The notes below the pieces were generated by a model that ran no database searches, was not told the origin of the DNA, and was given only the letters and a program-made list of their open reading frames with translations. Source: Gammaproteobacteria bacterium (GTDB lineage Bacteria; Pseudomonadota; Gammaproteobacteria; G965277405). Taken from it: a DNA stretch of 64,000 nt. A program made the translations under genes and the position numbers. This document shows positions 41,380-51,179 of the stretch, piece after piece. The DNA lies in contig OZ255726.1 in the NCBI GenBank assembly GCA_965277405.1, positions 128,001-192,000 on the forward strand, in the 5' to 3' direction. Each line of letters starts with the position of its first letter. Within the stretch, counting starts at the first letter, position 1.

Positions 41380-42868
41380 TTGTGTTATCGGCATCGACCT
41401 TGGTGCAAGTGCCATGAAAGCCTGCGTGCTTAACGCCAATTCCTTACAAATTATTGCCACAGCATCCCACCAAATCACCACCACTTTTCCCCAGCAATGG
41501 TACGCAGAACAAGACGCCCATCAATGGATCACCGCATTTGTGAGTGTCTGCCAGCAACTACAACCATTATGGCAACACCATACTCCACACATGCTGTCAA
41601 TCAGCGCAGGTACCCACAGCGTTGTACCTGTCAATGCGGCATTCGAGCCAATTGCAGCTGCAATTATGTGGAATGACCAACGCAGCATAGCGCAAACCAA
41701 CAACCTCACCAACCTGCAACAACAAGCTATTATTGCGGCAACATTCAACCGCTGCGCGCCAACATGGACAGTCTCGATGTTGCGCTGGTATGGCGAGCAT
41801 CAACCCGATATTATTGCCGATGCTGTGTATTTTTTAGCCCCGAAAGATTTTCTTAAACTCTGGTGCACTGGCGAACTCAGCACCGATCCTTCCGATGCAA
41901 CTGGCACTTTATTACGCAATTTTTCTGACCTCACATGGAATGATGACTGCATCGCGCTGGCAGGCATTCAACGCAGCCAACTCCCAACAATTCAACACGC
42001 AACAACTGTCAATGCAACAATTCACAACAACGCAGCGCACGCGACTGGGCTGCCGCAGCAATTAGCCGTATGCGTTGGTGCGATAGACACCAATGTCGAG
42101 CTGATATCGGCAGGCTGCATCACAGCGGGCGATACAGTATTCAAACTTGCCTCTGCTGGTGTCGTCTCGCAACTAAATAACGCAGCAAAGCCGTTGCCAC
42201 CGCTGTCATGCTATCCATTTTATTTTAGCGCAGGCGACACAAACATGGGGTATTACGCAGGCGGAACTAATACCTGTATGGGTTCCTTGGCATGGATGCG
42301 TAACTTGTTTGGTGTTGGGATTGACCAAGCAAACACCATCGCCGCAGCAGCACCAGTCGGCAGCAATGATCTATTATTTTATCCCTATTTACTCGGCGAA
42401 CGCGCCCCACTTTGGGATAGCAACGCCACCGGTGGCTGGGTTGGTTTGCGCATTACCCACACCCAAGCTGACATGGTGCGTGCAGTATATGAAGGCGTAG
42501 CATGCTCGCTATATCACATTACTAACAGCTATCAACTACCGATTCAGTCAATGCGCATTGTCGGTGGCGGCAGCGCCAGCGCGCTACTCTGCCAGATATT
42601 GGTTGATATATGTGGGGTTGATGCAACCGTGCCAATCCATAACGACGCCTCGGTAGGCTCTGCTCTGCTGGCATTGGCTGCGGCAAAGCTAGCAACACCT
42701 GCCCACACAACTCAGTCTCAAGCGACCCCATGGCAGGCAATAGCTGCGCGCTTTCAAACAGTCCACCCTGCGCTTGCTTACACCAGCAACAGCGCACACC
42801 ATCGGCAATACCAAGCAATTTATGCCCGCTACCAACAGCATGCGGCGGCTGTTGCTGCCGCGCATTGA
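41372..42868 (+). CDS. FGGY-family sugar kinase (xylulokinase-like)
   Basis: IGIDLGAS..K, MWNDQRS, TDPSDATGT, PYLLGERAP, EGVA, GGGS. Confidence 0.9.
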   Translation: MSNCVIGIDLGASAMKACVLNANSLQIIATASHQITTTFPQQWYAEQDAHQWITAFVSVCQQLQPLWQHHTPHMLSISAGTHSVVPVNAAFEPIAAAIMWNDQRSIAQTNNLTNLQQQAIIAATFNRCAPTWTVSMLRWYGEHQPDIIADAVYFLAPKDFLKLWCTGELSTDPSDATGTLLRNFSDLTWNDDCIALAGIQRSQLPTIQHATTVNATIHNNAAHATGLPQQLAVCVGAIDTNVELISAGCITAGDTVFKLASAGVVSQLNNAAKPLPPLSCYPFYFSAGDTNMGYYAGGTNTCMGSLAWMRNLFGVGIDQANTIAAAAPVGSNDLLFYPYLLGERAPLWDSNATGGWVGLRITHTQADMVRAVYEGVACSLYHITNSYQLPIQSMRIVGGGSASALLCQILVDICGVDATVPIHNDASVGSALLALAAAKLATPAHTTQSQATPWQAIAARFQTVHPALAYTSNSAHHRQYQAIYARYQQHAAAVAAAH

Positions 42869-42871
42869 CTT

Positions 42872-42920
42872 AAGGAGTCGATGATGGGCGAGACGGAGCA
42901 AAATAATGATGATAACTTTA
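42872..42920 (+). mobile_element. MITE left-end fragment
   Basis: gtcgatgatgggcgagacggagcaaaa...tgatgataact. Confidence 0.8.
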
Positions 42921-43044
42921 ACTCAAACTCATTAAATGGGAAAATAGCTTTGTCTTCCTCAATTGTTGTTAAAACTCGGTCGAATTCCTCTTGTGTTCCA
43001 GAAAAAGCATCACAAATTTTATTTTTTAATTCTAAAAGATCCAT
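42920..43044 (-). pseudogene. Truncated 5' end of the probable cognate restriction endonuclease
   Basis: MDLLELKNKI...IFPFNEFE overlaps the MTase stop and runs into MITE sequence after ~41 codons. Confidence 0.55.
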
Positions 43045-44671
43045 TAGAACTCTCAATTATATTTAAATATGAATAAAGCTTATTTTCAGTGGGGTGTTGT
43101 GTTGCACTAAAAAATTCATGAAAGATAGGAAGATTTTCAAGGTCTGAGCGCAGCACCTTATGGGTATCGAAGATTTTTCTAAAAACCCAATTCATCAGTC
43201 TTGTATTTAGTAACCATGCAAGATTTGTATGTGATACACCAAAATCACTATTTAATACCAGCGCGTTAGCACTATTTAGAAATAGTGTCGATTTTGTGTC
43301 GTGATGGAAAATTAGCTTAGCCGAAATGAATCTATATATGAGCTTTTCTGGTGCTTGATATATATCATATGGAGCAACTTGTTGATACAAACACAGGTTG
43401 CTTGGAATGAAATATTTTGGTGCTGGTAGTGTTCCATACACAATTTGCGAACCTTTATAAACAGGAATGTGATTTTTTTCGTGATAAGTCTTGACATACT
43501 TTTTGTTGTTTCCTGTTACTATGCCTAGCCCCCATTTTGCATTTCCGTCAAGGGTTAAGTGGGGGATGCCATATAGGTGGCTGACAGTGTCAGCATCCAC
43601 GTGAGTACATTCAAAATTAAAGATATGCTTAGGATTTTTTAGAAAAGAATGCTGACTACGAAAATGCGTGCCATTAGCCGTGGCGCATACAATATTGTTG
43701 TCAATAGGTGGGATGTCATGTTTGCGAAAAACGACACCTTTAGCCTTTGTTAATAGCCCTTGAAAGGGTTTACCAAAATCGATAAATCCAAGTATATGTT
43801 GATTTGACACTAATTCTCGTGTCGTTCTAAAAGTTGATATATTGAAGAAAGCGTCTGGAAGCAACATGCCGATTATTCCATTGGTTGATACTTTTAACAG
43901 TGCTGCGCGCAGGAATAGTGCGGATGTGTCAGTGCTTTTTGAACAGTTAAATGCCTTAGAAAATAATTGTTTTTGCACAATAGTGAGTTTCTTACCCCAA
44001 GGTGGATTGGTTAGGATAACGTCAAAAACAGCAAATTCAGAGTTTTGTTGCATAATCACATCGGCGAGGAAATCGACGGTATAGACATTGTTAGAGTCAA
44101 GATTAGTCCAGTGTTTGAAACGAGCTCTTGTTATTGCGACGGCGACGGGGTCAATGTCAAACCCATAAATATTTTTAGGCAAAAAACCACGAGCTAACGC
44201 AGCAATAATGAAGTTACCAGAACCACAACACGGGTCACAGAATATTAAATGTGATACATCGCCTTTAATATATGCAAAGAAACGTGCAACAATGTCAGCA
44301 GGGGTATAGTAAATAGCCTCTTTGTTCCGATAGGAATTAGCAAGAGACGTTTCATAAGCAGTGCCGATATTGTCAAAATCTAGCGATTCATAATGTTTTA
44401 CACGGTTTAGAAAACTGGCTTGAACAGTACTGTGATCATGGCTATCAAAATTAGATTTATTAGCGCGGGCGATGAGCTTTTCAGTCCCAACGATTGATGC
44501 CTTAAATATATCAAAAGAAGAACGTGAAATATATGACCCGTTAATGGCTTCAAGATAACCAGCTTTTACCCAGTTGCGCACAGACGCCGTAGCAACCTGG
44601 AGCGCGTCTGCTACAGCAGCGATAGTCATTGTGTTAGCAGGCGGTAATTCGAAAGATAGTTGGGACGACAT
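43019..44671 (-). CDS. N6-adenine DNA methyltransferase, gamma class (M.VspI / H. pylori HP0478-like)
   Basis: YYTP, DPCCGSGNF, NPPW, LGIVTGNNKK, YRFIS, LNSAN; N-terminal HTH-like segment. Confidence 0.88.
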   Translation of the reverse strand: MSSQLSFELPPANTMTIAAVADALQVATASVRNWVKAGYLEAINGSYISRSSFDIFKASIVGTEKLIARANKSNFDSHDHSTVQASFLNRVKHYESLDFDNIGTAYETSLANSYRNKEAIYYTPADIVARFFAYIKGDVSHLIFCDPCCGSGNFIIAALARGFLPKNIYGFDIDPVAVAITRARFKHWTNLDSNNVYTVDFLADVIMQQNSEFAVFDVILTNPPWGKKLTIVQKQLFSKAFNCSKSTDTSALFLRAALLKVSTNGIIGMLLPDAFFNISTFRTTRELVSNQHILGFIDFGKPFQGLLTKAKGVVFRKHDIPPIDNNIVCATANGTHFRSQHSFLKNPKHIFNFECTHVDADTVSHLYGIPHLTLDGNAKWGLGIVTGNNKKYVKTYHEKNHIPVYKGSQIVYGTLPAPKYFIPSNLCLYQQVAPYDIYQAPEKLIYRFISAKLIFHHDTKSTLFLNSANALVLNSDFGVSHTNLAWLLNTRLMNWVFRKIFDTHKVLRSDLENLPIFHEFFSATQHPTENKLYSYLNIIESSNGSFRIKK

Positions 44672-44731
44672 CTGCAATATTCCGTATTAACGCGTCGGCT
44701 TTAGATGGTGATGATTAAAACGCATATTTGA

Positions 44732-44977
44732 TGAAGCGCTGATAAAGTTGTTGATGAAGCGAGTTTGCCTGAAATTGCCGCAAACCAAAAGTATAATGAA
44801 CAGGATATTGAACACAGCGACGGGGGAAAACGCTGCGCTGCGTCGTCGCAGCACTTGATAATACCCACAAGACCCACAAAACCCACAAGACCCACCAGTG
44901 TTATCTGCGCACTGCGCTTAAGTTTCATCGAGGGTTGTTTCTCCGTCTCGCCCGTCATGGACTTAGTCAGAGCTTCC
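44732..44977 (-). mobile_element. Internally deleted MITE
   Basis: Both ends recognisable; internal CCCACAAGA-type repeats. Confidence 0.88.
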
Positions 44978-45002
44978 TTATGGATAGTTGCAAATCAAAC
45001 AA

Positions 45003-46052
45003 CTACTCTGGGCTGCTATACCAAGTTGCACGAGCCCTACCATGTCGAGCTAATAAACCCTGCTCTACCAACTGGGACAGTCTGTTTTTAAGCGTTGCTC
45101 TGGATACGCTATCGATGATATTTTCGGCATTTTTTATCGTAATACGGTGGTGTTCGTCTACATATTGCATGATGACCATACTCTCATAAGGAAGCGTAAA
45201 GTATTTATCTGCAGCATGTGTTTTTGCTAACAAGTGGTCTTTTTGCCGTTTTAAAGAATTGAGAAAAAAACGCATCCATGGTAGCCAGTCAGTTTTTTTA
45301 TTTTTTAAGGTTCTTTGAGTTCTTTGCAAAGAGAGATAATATGCATCTTTGTTCTTCTCCACAATGCTCTCAAGTGAGCTATACGGAATATAGCTGTAGC
45401 CAGCTTTCATCAATAAGAGGCTAATTAAAACACGAGATAATCGACCATTTCCATCCTGAAAAGGGTGGATTGCCAAAAAAATAACATTAAATACAGCAAC
45501 GACTATCAGAGGGTGATAACTTTTATCTGCGAGTGTTTCTCTCGTCCAACTAAGCAAATCCTGCATTTCCTTTGGAGTATCAAAAGGAAAGCTGGTTTTA
45601 AACACAATACCAAGGCTTTTTCCATCAGGATCAAAGGCTTCAACGTTATTAGAGTGTTTTTTGTACTCGCCACGATGCCAAACATCTTGTTGCGAATGTC
45701 TGAGAAGCGTGGAGTGGAGTTGTTTGATGTAGTTTTCAGTGAGTGGGATGTCTGCATAATTTTCAAATACCATTGCCAGCGTTTCTGCATAACCTGCTAC
45801 TTCCTGTTCATCACGAGTGAGGAACGATGCCTTGCCAACATTGCCAAGAAGTTCTTCAATTTGACGGTTTTCTAACTGAGAACCTTCAATCCGAGTAGAA
45901 GAACCAATACTTTCAATAGTAGCAACATGGTTAATAACCTTTAAACGTTCAGGGGTTAGGTTGTTGCATGCTTGCCAACTGCCCTTAAATTCATCAATTT
46001 CGGTAATGAGACGGAGCAGTTCAGGAGTAATGGTTAATGATGTGATATTCAT
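45003..46052 (-). CDS. Fic-family protein with C-terminal HTH
   Basis: HPFQDGNGRLSR active motif; N-terminal STRIEG inhibitory motif. Confidence 0.93.
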   Translation of the reverse strand: MNITSLTITPELLRLITEIDEFKGSWQACNNLTPERLKVINHVATIESIGSSTRIEGSQLENRQIEELLGNVGKASFLTRDEQEVAGYAETLAMVFENYADIPLTENYIKQLHSTLLRHSQQDVWHRGEYKKHSNNVEAFDPDGKSLGIVFKTSFPFDTPKEMQDLLSWTRETLADKSYHPLIVVAVFNVIFLAIHPFQDGNGRLSRVLISLLLMKAGYSYIPYSSLESIVEKNKDAYYLSLQRTQRTLKNKKTDWLPWMRFFLNSLKRQKDHLLAKTHAADKYFTLPYESMVIMQYVDEHHRITIKNAENIIDSVSRATLKNRLSQLVEQGLLARHGRARATWYSSPE

Positions 46053-46080
46053 GATAGCTTAGCTTATTCAACACACTTAT

Positions 46081-46403
46081 GGAACCGCTGATTAACTCGC
46101 TGATGCGGCGAGTTTGCCTGCAATTGCTGATGATTGCTAGGCGCAAACCGCTGAGCACATGACCTAACTACACGCCAAGCGATGCAACACTGCAGGCGTA
46201 AGCAATTACCGCTAACCATAAGTATATTGAAAGGGGACGGGGGAAAACGCTGCGCTGCGTCGTCGCAGCACTTGATAATACCCACAAGACCCACAAGACC
46301 CACAATACCACCCACAATACCCACCAGTAATATCTGCGTACTGCGCTTGTTATCATCATATTGTTGCTACGTCTTGCCCATCATGGAATTAATCAGCGGC
46401 TAC
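46081..46403 (-). mobile_element. Full-length MITE (323 bp), TTAT/TTAT flanks
   Basis: GGAACCGCTGATTAA ... TTAATCAGCGGCTAC. Confidence 0.9.
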
Positions 46404-46613
46404 TTATCCAATTATATCCAATACACGGTTTTTTTGTCCAATACATGTTGGTTTTCGTATCCGGCCTTATTGACTTGAGGGCAGGTATATTTTTGCGTGT
46501 TTTCAGTTCTGTTTGTTGGTGCAGGCTGTTTACAGTTGCCAACGACCGCAGCTTTGACAGATGTTGTGTTCACAGCGGGGCATTTTGCACGCCAGCAATG
46601 CTGTTGCATTGAC

Positions 46614-47609
46614 TTATCTACCTCTCAGTTTCTTGTTACGACGCGCGATGAGTGCTGCGGTTGCCTCTGCTGATCCATCATGAAATGAGCCAAACCATTT
46701 ATCGAGTGGGATAACGCCATCAGCAAAATTTACGTCAAAATATCGATGATGCAAATAATGCGCGTAATACGGTAAGAAAAAACTTTTCTTCCCAGCAACT
46801 ACGACCCGCTCAAACCCTGTATGACCTATTGCGGGTGATAGCCCTGCCAGTACACCAAGACTTAAAAAGTGGATTGGATGCGCAGGGATGAGCCAAAGCA
46901 AGGCAAAACCAGAAAAATACAACAGATGCTCAAGAGGATGCATCGATAACCCCGACCATGGCGCTGGGTTTATATTGTTATGGTGGAGCTTATGCGCAAG
47001 TTTATACAGCGGTGCCCAGTGCAGTAAGCGATGGACGCAAAAAAAATGACACTCGTGCAGCATTGGCACCAGCAACAACAGTAATACGCAGTAGATTGGG
47101 TGTTCTGCAAAACTGAGGCTGGCGACATTGCCATTGGCATACAGCCATAATGAAGTTATTTCCCACGCGCTCCAAATAGGTACGCCGCTGGCAAATGTCC
47201 AAAATATATTCTCTTTATTTTGGCTTTTGAACATAAACACCGCGCTGTTGGTTTTTGGCCATTGGCGGTTGTATTTAAAAGCAGTCGCTTGGCTACGGCG
47301 AGTATACAGCCAAAAATTCCACGAACCGACGACTAACAGCGTCAGAGCCATATTGCGGAATACAATCAACACCATCCAACTGACAGAGTCTGCAAGAATT
47401 GTGGCAACACTCGGCGTTAAGTAATGCCAAATCAATAATGCCAAACCAGCATACAGCAGCGTCCAAGGAAAAAAATACGTCGGCAGCCATTGCAGCAAAG
47501 CCATCAACTTTGGCGGCCATATAAAAACAGGTGGGTATGCAATCCGTTGGTGCGGTGTCCAATAGCCGCGGCGGGTTTCTTTGCCGTAATCGTTGTCATT
47601 TAAGGGCAT
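46614..47609 (-). CDS. Sterol desaturase / fatty acid hydroxylase family protein
   Basis: His boxes HRLLH, HKLHH, HTG, HYLHH. Confidence 0.9.
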   Translation of the reverse strand: MPLNDNDYGKETRRGYWTPHQRIAYPPVFIWPPKLMALLQWLPTYFFPWTLLYAGLALLIWHYLTPSVATILADSVSWMVLIVFRNMALTLLVVGSWNFWLYTRRSQATAFKYNRQWPKTNSAVFMFKSQNKENIFWTFASGVPIWSAWEITSLWLYANGNVASLSFAEHPIYCVLLLLLVPMLHECHFFCVHRLLHWAPLYKLAHKLHHNNINPAPWSGLSMHPLEHLLYFSGFALLWLIPAHPIHFLSLGVLAGLSPAIGHTGFERVVVAGKKSFFLPYYAHYLHHRYFDVNFADGVIPLDKWFGSFHDGSAEATAALIARRNKKLRGR

Positions 47610-47641
47610 TGGCTTCTCTGTATATCATTCGTTGGGATGTG

Positions 47642-47663
47642 GTTTCATAAAATATTCATAATT
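47642..47663 (+). promoter_or_regulatory. Pho-box-like direct repeat, copy 1
   Basis: GTTTCATAAAA-TATTCATAATT: TCAT at 11-bp spacing, upstream of phosphate-scavenging genes. Confidence 0.5.
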
Positions 47664-47767
47664 TATAGGGTTTTATATCCAAACTACAGTTGCTAGAAAG
47701 TAGTTGTGCAAACACTGGCGGCGGTAAATAGTTATTAGGGGTTTACCTCCAAGCAGGCGTTTGATTT

Positions 47768-47815
47768 TTCACCCACATATTCACCCACATATTCACCCAC
47801 ATATTCACCCACATA
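47768..47815. repeat. 12-bp tandem repeat x4
   Basis: ttcacccacata x4. Confidence 0.95.
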
Positions 47816-47828
47816 AAAGTGCAAAACA

Positions 47829-48080
47829 TGACAGCAGACAATCCAGTGGTAGCAGTTAATAATGAATACATCAACCTTGAGTCTGTATCTCCAACCACCA
47901 AAGTGGCAAGCGAGGATGATATACAAAAACGCAAAACTGGAAATAGCCAAACGCCATGGGGTATTTACCTTACATGTGCAGAGAATTGCAACGGTTATTT
48001 TGCCTGCGGTGATAGCTACTATACACCAACAGCGATGCATTACCGTGATGAAGTTCGCGCAACAAGCTTAGATCATCGAG
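47829..48080 (+). pseudogene. Deleted, diverged remnant of phoX
   Basis: VVAVNNEYINL..KVASEDD and GNSQTPWGIYLTCAEN..YTPTAMH match two separate segments of the intact PhoX at 53811. Confidence 0.9.
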
Positions 48081-48135
48081 CGTGGCTAGCTGCATTGCCG
48101 CAATTGAATCCACCTATCTCAATTTGCACATAGCC

Positions 48136-49275
48136 ATGGCTAAGATAACGCTTGCAAACATCAGCAAAAGCTATCGCGATGCACGAGTATTAAAAGGAAT
48201 AAATCTAGATATTGCTGATGGAGAATTTCTAACGCTGGTTGGGCCGTCTGGCTGTGGTAAATCAACCTTGTTGCGTATCATCGCCGGGCTAGATAGTCAG
48301 GATGGCGGGGATGTGCTCATCGACGGAAGTATTGCGAATAACACCAAAGCTTGCGAACGTGACTTGTCAATGGTTTTTCAATCGTATGCGCTTTACCCTC
48401 ATTTATCCGTGCGTAAAAATATGGAAACTCCTCTAAAGCTGCGTGATTTGAGCATAGGGGAGCGCTTGCCGTGTATCAGATCATTGATTCCTAAAAGGCG
48501 GGCAAAGATTGGCAAAATACAGCAGATTGTAGCTGAAGTCTCTGCCACATTAAAAATTGATCACTTGTTGGAGCGTAAGCCAGGGCAATTATCTGGTGGG
48601 CAGCGTCAGCGGGTTGCCTTGGGTCGTGCGATGGTGCGTAAACCTGTTGCTTTCTTAATGGATGAGCCTTTATCCAATCTGGATGCGACTCTGCGGATAC
48701 ATATGCGCGCAGAATTGGCGGAACTCCATCAGAAGCTTGGCGTTACATTTATATATGTTACCCATGATCAGGCAGAAGCATTAACGATGTCTGATCGGAT
48801 GGCGGTAATGATGGACGGGCAAATTCTGCAATTGGGTACGCCAGATGAAATTTATAAAACCCCAATAGACAGAACGGTCGCCGAATTTGTTGGCAGCCCT
48901 AAAATAAATCTCTTCCCTGCCGATGTTGATAATTATGGTGTTGTAACTGCGTATGGTGTCTCCTTACAGCGGCAAGTCGCTGCAACATCATGCAAAGCTG
49001 TTGTTGGGGTCAGGCCCGAACATTTGCAATTGGTTGCAGCTACAACGGATAATGAACATTGGTCTTTTCATATCATCCATAAAGAAAACTTAGGGTCTGA
49101 TTTTTTTCTTCATGGTCATATAAATGGGTCAAAAGTTCGTACGGTCGCACGAGTTACACCACACAACGCTGCGAAATTAACAATAGGTTCTGAAGTTTTC
49201 CTACAAGCAGTGCCGAACAGTGCGCTTGTTTTTGGTGAAGATGACCGACGTCTACAATTTCGCGATTTACACTAA
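48136..49275 (+). CDS. ABC transporter ATPase, UgpC/MalK family
   Basis: GPSGCGKST, VFQSYALYPH, LSGGQRQR, DEPLSNLD, YVTHDQ. Confidence 0.95.
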   Translation: MAKITLANISKSYRDARVLKGINLDIADGEFLTLVGPSGCGKSTLLRIIAGLDSQDGGDVLIDGSIANNTKACERDLSMVFQSYALYPHLSVRKNMETPLKLRDLSIGERLPCIRSLIPKRRAKIGKIQQIVAEVSATLKIDHLLERKPGQLSGGQRQRVALGRAMVRKPVAFLMDEPLSNLDATLRIHMRAELAELHQKLGVTFIYVTHDQAEALTMSDRMAVMMDGQILQLGTPDEIYKTPIDRTVAEFVGSPKINLFPADVDNYGVVTAYGVSLQRQVAATSCKAVVGVRPEHLQLVAATTDNEHWSFHIIHKENLGSDFFLHGHINGSKVRTVARVTPHNAAKLTIGSEVFLQAVPNSALVFGEDDRRLQFRDLH

Positions 49276-50234
49276 TGGCTCAACACCGTAGTAGTGCCGG
49301 ATACTGGTTTATTGCCCCCGCCTGTTTACTGATGATTATCATATTGTTCATTCCGGTTGTATGTGCAGCAACCCTTTCCTTTAGCAACTATTCCCTTGGT
49401 AATACCTCGTTTAACTGGGTTGGTTTGAAAAATTATGCGCAATTATTGAACCACTCTAGCTATAGCAAAATGATGATCGCCAGCTTTACTTACGTCATAA
49501 TTGTTGTTCCGTTGTCTATTGGTCTGGGGCTTGGGGCAGCATTGCTTATCAATTCACTCAAGCGGTTTGGTGATTTGTATAAAACGATCTATTTCCTGCC
49601 TGTAATGGCAACTTTAATGGTCATGGCAATTGTTTGGGAATTTTCCCTTCATCCAACAATCGGCATCGTTAATAAAACATTAGCCCTTGGTTGCGACACC
49701 AACTTTGAAACGTTTGTCAGCTTGGCGTGGCTACCTTGGTCTGATGGCGCAAAAAACTGGTATGCCAGTAGCTGTGAAAATGGGTTTCCACTGTGGTTTG
49801 GCGATAAATATTATACGATGAGTGCGGTTGCATTCATCGGTATTTGGCAAGGATTCGGTTTTAACATGGTGCTGTATCTGGCGGGGTTAACTTCTGTACC
49901 GCGCGAACTATATCATGCAGCCGCAATGGATGGCGCGATTAGTGGCTGGCATCGTTTTCATTTGGTCACTTGGCCGCTATTAGGGCCAACAACCGTTTTT
50001 GTTGTCACAATTACAACTATACGTTCTTTTCAAGTTTTTGATACGGTTGAAGCTATTACTCGCGGCGGACCTGCCAAAAGCACATATGTCATGATGTATG
50101 CTATTTATGAAAAAGGGGTGCAACAAAACCTTATCGGCTTGGGGTCGGCAATTACGATTGTGTTTCTGGGATTTGTGTTGTTCCTCACCCTACTGCAACG
50201 CCATTTGATTGAAAAAAAGGTGCATTACGCATGA
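49275..50234 (+). CDS. Carbohydrate ABC permease (UgpA-like)
   Basis: TM helices, EAA-loop ELYHAAAMDGA. Confidence 0.92.
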   Translation: MAQHRSSAGYWFIAPACLLMIIILFIPVVCAATLSFSNYSLGNTSFNWVGLKNYAQLLNHSSYSKMMIASFTYVIIVVPLSIGLGLGAALLINSLKRFGDLYKTIYFLPVMATLMVMAIVWEFSLHPTIGIVNKTLALGCDTNFETFVSLAWLPWSDGAKNWYASSCENGFPLWFGDKYYTMSAVAFIGIWQGFGFNMVLYLAGLTSVPRELYHAAAMDGAISGWHRFHLVTWPLLGPTTVFVVTITTIRSFQVFDTVEAITRGGPAKSTYVMMYAIYEKGVQQNLIGLGSAITIVFLGFVLFLTLLQRHLIEKKVHYA

Positions 50235-51127
50235 ATATGAGCGCATCGCCCTTCAAAGAAACGATTAAACATATCATCTTAATCCTTGGTGCAATCATCG
50301 TCATCGTACCGTTTTATTTGATGACTAGCTATTCGTTCAAATCACAACGAGAAATTATGACTAACACTGGCGGCTATTTTGGATCGCAACAGCAGGTTGT
50401 CGATGAATATTGTGTGAAATTAGGCAATGAAAGAAAGAATTGTGAGGTCAAGCCTGCTATTTATAATTATAGCGAAGCTTTTAAAAAATCACCTTTGCTA
50501 CGTTATCTGCTGAATGGCTTGCTGGTAACGGCATCGATTTTTTTAATTCAAGTCATCATTGCCATGCCCTGCGCGTATGCCTTATCGAAACTTCGATTTA
50601 AGGGGCGTGATTTTGTGTTTTCAATGGTTGTATTCAGCTTGTTGATTCCGGTACACGCCATTGCCTTACCTCTGTATATCATGCTGTCCAAAATAGGACT
50701 TATTAACAGCTATGCAGCCATGATTATTCCGTGGACGATTTCAGTCTTTGGGATTTTTCTAATGCGCCAATTTTTTATGACTGTACCTGATGATCTAATC
50801 GACGCTGCCAGAATGGATGGTATGAGCGAATATTCAATCATCTGGAAAGTTATGTTACCTACAGCGATACCAGCCCTACTTGCTTTTGCAATTTTTTCAA
50901 TCGTGGCGCATTGGAACGACTATTTCTGGCCAAGAATTGCTATCACTGGCGATAAAAACCTGTATACGCCTCCGTTAGGTATGCGCAATTTTAAGGGGGG
51001 CTCGGACGGGTCTAATTGGGGGCCGATGATGGCAACAGCCACCATCATCGTTACTCCGCTAATCGTTGCTTTTCTGCTGGCACAAAAACGCTTCATCGAA
51101 GGAATTACCCTAACCGGAATGAAATAA
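50231..51127 (+). CDS. Carbohydrate ABC permease (UgpE-like)
   Basis: FLMRQFF, DLIDAARMDG, WNDYFWP. Confidence 0.92.
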   Translation: MNMSASPFKETIKHIILILGAIIVIVPFYLMTSYSFKSQREIMTNTGGYFGSQQQVVDEYCVKLGNERKNCEVKPAIYNYSEAFKKSPLLRYLLNGLLVTASIFLIQVIIAMPCAYALSKLRFKGRDFVFSMVVFSLLIPVHAIALPLYIMLSKIGLINSYAAMIIPWTISVFGIFLMRQFFMTVPDDLIDAARMDGMSEYSIIWKVMLPTAIPALLAFAIFSIVAHWNDYFWPRIAITGDKNLYTPPLGMRNFKGGSDGSNWGPMMATATIIVTPLIVAFLLAQKRFIEGITLTGMK

Positions 51128-51179
51128 CAAAATCTTTTTTTTTTAAATAATTTACACCTAAACCAACAGAGAGAAACTT

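Noticed and set aside
43019-44671. Link between the predicted ATTAAT methylase and the MITE TIR (GATTAAG)
   Set aside because: The TIR consensus is not ATTAAT and only occasional copies have it; the specificity itself is inferred
20900-46403. MITEs as integron attC sites flanking cassettes
   Set aside because: Both orientations occur, ends are IS5-type TIRs with 4-bp flanks rather than RYYYAAC/GTTRRRY, they sit beside core genes, and no integrase is present
47819-48133. 104-aa ORF as a functional mini-PhoX or a DGR-like template repeat
   Set aside because: Two non-adjacent phoX pieces without the Tat signal; differences are not confined to adenines and no reverse transcriptase is present
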